Assembly (NCBI GenBank): GCA_027624995.1
Contig: JAQBTI010000001.1
Location: forward strand, 1 to 31,718
Direction of reading: 5' to 3'
Length of the DNA: 31,718 nt
From: Chloroflexota bacterium
GTDB taxonomy: Bacteria > Chloroflexota > Dehalococcoidia > Lucifugimonadales > CATQGZ01
The notes beneath the pieces are model-generated. The model saw only the letters and a program-made list of their open reading frames with translations, had not been told where the DNA came from and ran no database searches. Position 1 is the first letter of the stretch, and each line of letters starts with the position of its first letter. The position numbers were made by a program, and so were the translations under genes. This document shows positions 26,603-31,718 of this stretch, in pieces.

Positions 26603-27838
26603 ATGGCACTCGTAGTCCAGAAATACGGCGGCACGTCGTTGGCCAACGCCAACAAGATCCACGCCGTCGCCGACAGGATCGCGGCCACCATAGCGCGGGG
26701 CGATCGCGTGGTAGCCGTGGTGTCGGCGATGGGCAACACCACCGACGATCTGATCGCCCTGGCCCGTCGCGTGGCCGACAGGCCCGACGCCCGTGAGCTC
26801 GACCTGCTTCTCTCGACCGGCGAACTGGTGTCGTCCACGCTCCTGGCGATGGCCTTGCGGTCCAAAGGATTGGAGGCCATCAGCCTCAGCGGCGCGCAGG
26901 CCGGAATCCGCACCAACGCCAGTCACGGCCATGCCAAGATAGCCGGGGTCGAACCACGGCGAATATTGGATGAGCTCGATAGAGGAAGGGTCGTGGTGGT
27001 GGCCGGGTTCCAGGGGATAACGGATGATATGGACGTGACTACCCTGGGTCGAGGCGCATCCGACATAACGGCCGTCGCCATTGCGGCCGTAGTGGAAGCG
27101 GACCGGTGCGAGGTGTACACCGACGTTGACGGCATCTACACGGCCGATCCGAACCTTGTACCGGAGGCTCGAAAGCTCGACGAGATTGGCTTCGAGGAGA
27201 TGCTGGAGTTGGCCAGCTACGGCGCCAAGATGGCGCCACGCTCCATCGAGATGGGAATGGTCTATGACATCCCCATCATGGTTGCTTCCAGCTTCGTCGA
27301 GGCGCCGGGGACTCTCATCCACAAAGGGGCTGACATGGAGACTAGAGTTACAGAGATAAGAAACAGAGTTCGCGGTATTGCCACCGATGTCGACGTTGCG
27401 AAGATCACGGTGCTCGGCGTTGTCGACCGTCCGGGTGTATCCGCCGAGCTGTTCGAGCCCCTTGCGGCGGCGGATGTCAGCGTAGACGTGATCGTGCAAA
27501 ACGCGAGTGAGGACGGCGCCACAGACCTTACGTTTACGGTTAAGAGGTCTGAACTGACCCGGGCGCTGGATGTTGTCGAAGAGGTCTCCAGGCAGCTCGG
27601 TAGTCGTGGGGTGACCAGTTCAGACAATCTAGCCAAGGTCAGCATCGTCGGGACGGGCATGCGAGAAGGGTCCGGGTATGCATCTCGTATGTTCCGCACG
27701 CTCGCCGATCACAACATCAACATCGAGATGATAACCACGTCGGAGATCAGAATAACCTGTATCGTCGATGAGGCGGTGGTGGCGGATGCGGCCAGGGCAT
27801 TGCACGCCGCATTCGAACTCGAAAAACCTGGCCCGTAG
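26603..27838 (+). CDS. lysC: Aspartate kinase (two ACT domains)
   Basis: LVVQKYGGTS, VVSAMGNTTD, VAGFQG..TTLGRGASD, YTDVDGIYTADP, DVIVQN, KVSIVGTGM, MITTSEIRITC. Confidence 0.96.
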   Translation: MALVVQKYGGTSLANANKIHAVADRIAATIARGDRVVAVVSAMGNTTDDLIALARRVADRPDARELDLLLSTGELVSSTLLAMALRSKGLEAISLSGAQAGIRTNASHGHAKIAGVEPRRILDELDRGRVVVVAGFQGITDDMDVTTLGRGASDITAVAIAAVVEADRCEVYTDVDGIYTADPNLVPEARKLDEIGFEEMLELASYGAKMAPRSIEMGMVYDIPIMVASSFVEAPGTLIHKGADMETRVTEIRNRVRGIATDVDVAKITVLGVVDRPGVSAELFEPLAAADVSVDVIVQNASEDGATDLTFTVKRSELTRALDVVEEVSRQLGSRGVTSSDNLAKVSIVGTGMREGSGYASRMFRTLADHNINIEMITTSEIRITCIVDEAVVADAARALHAAFELEKPGP

Positions 27839-27991
27839 GCTGTCGCGTGGACCGCTCGCGCCGGCCACCAAGCTAACTGCTGACTTAACCGACCGTTTTC
27901 GTGTCCACAGTATGGTGCGAAATGCCATCACGCGGCATGCTCGCAAAAACCCTGAGATCGGCGAGCGGCCAAGTTCGCTTCGGAGTAACTG

Positions 27992-28708
27992 GTGAGGAAT
28001 CCACACCTCTCCATAATAATCCCGGCCTTCAACGAGGAAGGACGGATAGTGCCTACCCTCGAGGAGGTTGTCGGTCATCTGAGCGCTCAGTCCTACGACT
28101 GGGAGGTGACGGTGGTGGACGATGGGAGCCTGGATTCGACACGGGGAGTTGCCGAGGAGTGGGCAAAGGACAGGCAGGGAGTGCGTGTCGACACGATTCC
28201 CCATCGCGGAAAGGGGTGGGCGGTCCGGCATGGCATGCTTGGCTCGACCGGCGACTACCGGTTCATGTGCGATGCTGACCTCTCGATGCCCATAAGGCAG
28301 ATCGATGCCTTCCTGGACCGAATGGCCGAAGGCTACGACATCGTAATTGGTTCGCGGGAGGTTTTGGGAGCCAGACGGTTCGACGAGCCGTTTCTTCGTC
28401 ACGCAATTGGCAGAGTTTTCAATTGGGTCGTCCGGTTCCTCGCCGTGGGAGGATTTCAGGACACCCAGTGTGGGTTCAAGTGCTTCCGTGGGGATGCCGC
28501 TGAGCGCCTGTTCGACCTCCAGAAGACAGCGGGATTCGGCTTCGATGCGGAGATTTTGTACCTGGCACTCAAACGAAAGATGCGCGTCCTGGAGATGCCG
28601 ATCGACTGGCATTACCGGTCTGACAGCAAGGTCAGGCCGGGCATAGACTCCTTCCTGATGCTCAGAGATACACTGCTCGTGAAGTGGAACCATCTTGTCG
28701 GTCGCTAG
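27992..28708 (+). CDS. GT2 glycosyltransferase, polyprenyl/dolichyl-phosphate hexosyltransferase-like (DPM1/ALG5 type)
   Basis: SIIIPAFNEE, VVDDGSLDST, HRGKGWAVRHGM, MCDADLS, IVIGSR, DTQCGFKCF, FGFDAEIL, EMPIDW. Confidence 0.9.
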   Translation: MRNPHLSIIIPAFNEEGRIVPTLEEVVGHLSAQSYDWEVTVVDDGSLDSTRGVAEEWAKDRQGVRVDTIPHRGKGWAVRHGMLGSTGDYRFMCDADLSMPIRQIDAFLDRMAEGYDIVIGSREVLGARRFDEPFLRHAIGRVFNWVVRFLAVGGFQDTQCGFKCFRGDAAERLFDLQKTAGFGFDAEILYLALKRKMRVLEMPIDWHYRSDSKVRPGIDSFLMLRDTLLVKWNHLVGR

Positions 28709-28853
28709 GTCGTCGGCTCAGCCAGCCGTGGGCGGCGTCTGGCTTCGAAGTATCCGGCGGAATACGGTTGGTTAGCTGGCGTTACCGGACTATCGACGCT
28801 AGGATGAGGGGACAGACCGGTCCAATGGCACGAAAAGAAGGACAGCAAAGGGG

Positions 28854-28883
28854 TTGCACCCCAATTTTTCCGTGCGATAGAAT
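28854..28883 (+). promoter_or_regulatory. sigma70-type promoter TTGCAC-N18-TAGAAT for the TPR gene
   Basis: -35 at 28854-28859 and -10 at 28878-28883; ATG at 28910. Confidence 0.6.
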
Positions 28884-28909
28884 TCGCCAACTTATGCGGG
28901 GCTGAACTG

Positions 28910-29758
28910 ATGAATACAGCGGAAGTTGCTGAGCGAGACAAGGTCAGGAAAGACAACGCGAAGAAGGCTGTCGCCCTTGCGATGAACGGCAAGTGGGAAC
29001 AGGCGGCACAACTGAACCGCTCAATCCTGGTCGAGTTTCCGAGAGACCTCGAATCATATAACCGGCTCGGCAAGGCGCTGAGTGAGCTCGGGCGGAATAA
29101 AGAAGCCCGTAAGGCCTTCCAGAGCGCCCTGGAGATATCGCCTCACAACGCGATAGCCAAGAAGAACCTCGAGCGCCTGGTCCGCCTGGGCGACGATGCT
29201 CCCGTGACTCCCGCAGGCGCCCCACCACAGGTCTTCATCGGGGAGACCGGTAGAGCCGTGGTCACCTCACTCGTAAACCTCGCACCTCCTTCGGTTCGTC
29301 TCAAGCTCGCCCCCGGTCACCCGGTGGAGCTCGTGGGCGACGGCGGCGTGCTGAAGGTGAGCTTGGTCAATGGCGACTACGCCGGCAAGGTGGAGCCAAA
29401 GCTCGCCGCCCGGTTGACCAAGCTCATCAGGGGGGGTAATCGGTATCAGGCGAACGTCACCAGCGCAACGGAAACTGAGTTGACCGTCATCATTCTAGAA
29501 GTCTTCAAGCACCCCTCGCAGATGGGAGTCGTATCATTTCCGTCGCGCCAAGGTGTTGGGCAGAGGGTGTACGTGCAGAGTGCCGCACTCGACTACGACC
29601 TGGCTGAGCAGGGAGTCCAACAGGCCGGGGAGGCGCTAATCGTCAAGGACTGGTCCGACGATGATACCGAGCCCGGCGACGACACTGCTTTCACCCCAGT
29701 GTTTGACCGTATAATCAATACGAACGAAGAGGCCTCCCAGGAGGACGACGAGTTCTAG
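28910..29758 (+). CDS. TPR protein with HIRAN-like middle/C-terminal domain and acidic tail
   Basis: TPR: WEQAAQLNRSIL...YNRLGKALSELGRNKEARKAFQSALEISPHNAIAKKNL. Then GHPVELV...GDYAGKVEPKLAARLTKLIRGG..YQANV; D/E-rich end. Confidence 0.75.
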   Translation: MNTAEVAERDKVRKDNAKKAVALAMNGKWEQAAQLNRSILVEFPRDLESYNRLGKALSELGRNKEARKAFQSALEISPHNAIAKKNLERLVRLGDDAPVTPAGAPPQVFIGETGRAVVTSLVNLAPPSVRLKLAPGHPVELVGDGGVLKVSLVNGDYAGKVEPKLAARLTKLIRGGNRYQANVTSATETELTVIILEVFKHPSQMGVVSFPSRQGVGQRVYVQSAALDYDLAEQGVQQAGEALIVKDWSDDDTEPGDDTAFTPVFDRIINTNEEASQEDDEF

Positions 29759-30021
29759 GCCTCGTCCTCCGAATCCTCTCCGAGGGGTCGATCGCGGAAG
29801 TACAGTCCCCAGCGCTGCATCGCTTCACCGATTCGCGGATCTCCCAGCCCCATCAGCTCCTTGAAGAAGCCTGCGATCGAATGGGCGTGCAGTAGTTCCT
29901 CAGAGCACACCCAACTCGCCTCGCTGGGCACAACGTACAGGAGCCCGTTCTGGTGCTTGCACTGTATCTCAATGCGCTTTCCGCCTGTGTCGTGTTTTAT
30001 GGTGAGTCCGAATTCGGCCAT
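29755..30021 (-). CDS. Small hypothetical protein (88 aa), Cys/His-containing
   Basis: Own extended -10 (TGCTATAAT) and SD GAGG 8 nt before ATG 30021; convergent stop overlap with the TPR gene. Confidence 0.7.
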   Translation of the reverse strand: MAEFGLTIKHDTGGKRIEIQCKHQNGLLYVVPSEASWVCSEELLHAHSIAGFFKELMGLGDPRIGEAMQRWGLYFRDRPLGEDSEDEA

Positions 30022-30065
30022 CTGGAACACCTCTTCGGGGACCGGAGGCCCCTGAGAATCTGAGA

Positions 30066-30074
30066 ATTATAGCA
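30066..30074 (-). promoter_or_regulatory. Perfect extended -10 element TGCTATAAT for the 88-aa gene
   Basis: Reverse complement of ATTATAGCA. Confidence 0.7.
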
Positions 30075-30142
30075 GGCGGTACTCCGTATCTCCCTCTTGT
30101 TGACTAATCGAATGTGTCGCGGTTGCCCTCAGCAGGAAAATG

Positions 30143-30167
30143 GTAGTGGCGGGCTTCAAACCCACTC
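30143..30167 (+). repeat. Degenerate GTAG-type REP-like element
   Basis: GTAGTGGCGGGCTTCAAACCCACTC: GTAG plus imperfect stem around a TTCAAA-like loop; intergenic. Confidence 0.4.
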
Positions 30168-30202
30168 GTTCCCGGCTGTGACCGCACCACACGGCCGGCT
30201 CT

Positions 30203-30231
30203 TTGCTGCCTCGATGCCCTGGTGCTACACT
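30203..30231 (+). promoter_or_regulatory. Promoter TTGCTG-N17-TACACT with TG extension for the CPBP gene
   Basis: -35 at 30203-30208 and -10 at 30226-30231. This implies the track's TTG 30203 start lies outside the transcript. Confidence 0.55.
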
Positions 30232-30247
30232 TCGTGCCGGGAATCAT

Positions 30248-30955
30248 TTGGTAGCAGCTAACGAAGAATCAGCCACCGATCGGTATATCGTGCCGTGGAC
30301 GGGCCGGGACGTAGCAGCCGCCACGGTCGCGGTCATTGCGGGCGTCGTCGTCGTCCTGCTCGTTATTAGGCTGGCGATCGCCCTCTTCGATGGGATTGAT
30401 GTAGACGACGTCCGTCCCTGGGCCCTCGTCTTCGTAGAAGGGCTGATGGTCCTGGCGGTCTGGGTCTTCGCGGTGAGGCGGCGTGGGGCGTCAATGTTGT
30501 CGCTCGGATTGCGGCCCACTGGATCGCGGGCAACCTATGTCTGGCCATTGGCTGTCCTGATGGCGAGCCTCGGGTCGACGGCCCTATACGCGGCCGCCGT
30601 TTCCGGCCTGGGGCTGGACCTGCTGGAGCCCCCGGAGCTGACCGAAGACTTGTTTGGCACCGGACTCGAGAGGACGGCAACGGTGCTGGCGATTGTCGTC
30701 TGGGGCCCATTCGCTGAGGAGCTGTTCTTTAGAGGCTTCGTGTTGGCCGCCCTGGTCGCGCCGCTGGGTCCCGCCCGAGCGGCGATTGTCAGCTCAGCCC
30801 TGTTCGCTGTCGCGCACGTATCGATAGGCGTCGTCGTGCCGATCTTCCTGACGGGATTGATGCTCTCGTGGCTCTATCTAAGGACGCGATCGATCTGGCC
30901 GCCGATAACGGCTCACGCCCTTCAGAATTTCGTTGCAGTCACGGTAGTCCTATGA
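30248..30955 (+). CDS. CPBP family (CAAX/Abi, type II) intramembrane glutamic metalloprotease
   Basis: Multi-TM protein with PFAEELFFRG, FAVAH, HALQN motifs; start chosen downstream of the promoter. Confidence 0.9.
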   Translation: MVAANEESATDRYIVPWTGRDVAAATVAVIAGVVVVLLVIRLAIALFDGIDVDDVRPWALVFVEGLMVLAVWVFAVRRRGASMLSLGLRPTGSRATYVWPLAVLMASLGSTALYAAAVSGLGLDLLEPPELTEDLFGTGLERTATVLAIVVWGPFAEELFFRGFVLAALVAPLGPARAAIVSSALFAVAHVSIGVVVPIFLTGLMLSWLYLRTRSIWPPITAHALQNFVAVTVVL

Positions 30956-30974
30956 ATCTCCGGAAACCCCCGTC

Positions 30975-31718
30975 TTGAGCAATCGAATCGACGCGACGCT
31001 CGCGGCGCTTGCGAAGTCGGGACGCAACGCCCTTGTTCCGTTCTTGACGGTCGGATATCCGGACTTGGAGACATCTACCCAGCTCGCCGGGGTCGTCCTG
31101 GAGTCGGGCGCCGACATGCTAGAATTGGGAGTGCCGTTCAGCGACCCACTGGCCGAGGGCCCTACGATCCAGAGGACGAGTTTTCAAGCCCTGCAGCAAG
31201 GTGTGAACGTGCACACCTGCTTGGAGGTTGTCCGGCGCCTGAGGCGAGAAGGGGTGGACTCGCCGCTCATCTTCATGGGTTACGTGAACCCCTTCTTGAA
31301 CTACGGAATGGAGCGGTTTGCGAGAGATGCTGCAGAGGCCGGCCTCGACGGCGTCATCGTGCCGGACCTGCCTTCTGAAGAGGCCGGGCTGTTCGCGGGA
31401 CTCCTCGAGGCAGAGGGTATCTACGTGATCCCCCTACTCGCTCCGACAAGCAGCGACAAGCGTATCGAACAGGCTTGCAGGCGGGCCAGGGGGTTCATAT
31501 ACTGCGTTAGCCTTACGGGGGTTACCGGGGCTCGGACCGAACTAGGATTGGGCGTCCAAGACCTTGTCGAGAAGGCCCGCGGGTTCACAGACCTCCCCCT
31601 GCTGGTCGGTTTCGGAGTCTCACGTAGAGAGCATGTCGAGGCCATCGCCCAATTTGCGGACGGCGTCGTGGTGGGCAGTGCCCTGCTGGACGCTGTAGGT
31701 AACGCGCCCAAGGGCCGA
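30975..31718 (+). CDS. trpA: Tryptophan synthase alpha chain; 3' end beyond window
   Basis: Not in the ORF track; open from TTG 30975: ALVPFLTVGYPD, LELGVPFSDPLAEGPTIQ, FMGYVNP, DGVIVPDLP, LAPTS, YCVSLTGVTG, VGFGVS, ADGVVVGSAL. Confidence 0.96.
   Translation, partial: MSNRIDATLAALAKSGRNALVPFLTVGYPDLETSTQLAGVVLESGADMLELGVPFSDPLAEGPTIQRTSFQALQQGVNVHTCLEVVRRLRREGVDSPLIFMGYVNPFLNYGMERFARDAAEAGLDGVIVPDLPSEEAGLFAGLLEAEGIYVIPLLAPTSSDKRIEQACRRARGFIYCVSLTGVTGARTELGLGVQDLVEKARGFTDLPLLVGFGVSRREHVEAIAQFADGVVVGSALLDAVGNAPKGR

Noticed and set aside
70-31711. The many alternative-frame and antisense ORFs in the track (e.g. 70-429, 4858-5490, 5030-5713, 15315-16178, 17359-18153, 26051-27499, 27629-28693)
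   Set aside because: They are shadows of real genes in high-GC DNA, with Arg/Pro/Ser-rich compositions, no motifs and no SD or promoter support.
1-31718. tRNA, rRNA, CRISPR array, transposase or prophage genes
   Set aside because: No cloverleaf, repeat-spacer array or mobile-element protein motifs were seen by eye.

Overview
GC-rich (roughly 60-65% by eye) bacterial chromosome segment, most likely Chloroflexota/Dehalococcoidia (SAR202-like). That assignment is an inference from gene style, e.g. the GpsA GTTSWG motif and the der-plsY-gpsA and dnaJ-prmA-rsmE blocks. Most of the window is housekeeping: rsmH (partial), mog, trmD, argF, der, plsY, gpsA, rsmE, prmA, dnaJ, gyrA, fmt, mutS2, thrB, lysC and trpA (partial). 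Two accessory patches interrupt it. The first is a partly decayed ion/stress island (3.1-8.6 kb): two frameshifted USP genes, an nhaA remnant, corA, a voltage-gated K+ channel, and an MFS transporter with six 22-aa C-terminal repeats. The second is a pair of lipoprotein hydrolases, one broken by an in-frame TAG. The main oddities are gyrA split by an apparent ~19-nt deletion into two GTGA-overlapping ORFs, a PuuD/C26-like protein with its catalytic Cys and His replaced, a TPR + HIRAN-like protein, a TrpA with Asp60->Glu and no adjacent upstream trpB, a probable CTG start in plsY, and a probable internal beta-subunit start in lysC. Three GTAG-type REP-like hairpins and recurrent extended -10 promoters are also visible. 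I saw no tRNA, rRNA, CRISPR array or transposase. Family assignments come from motif recognition, not database searches.
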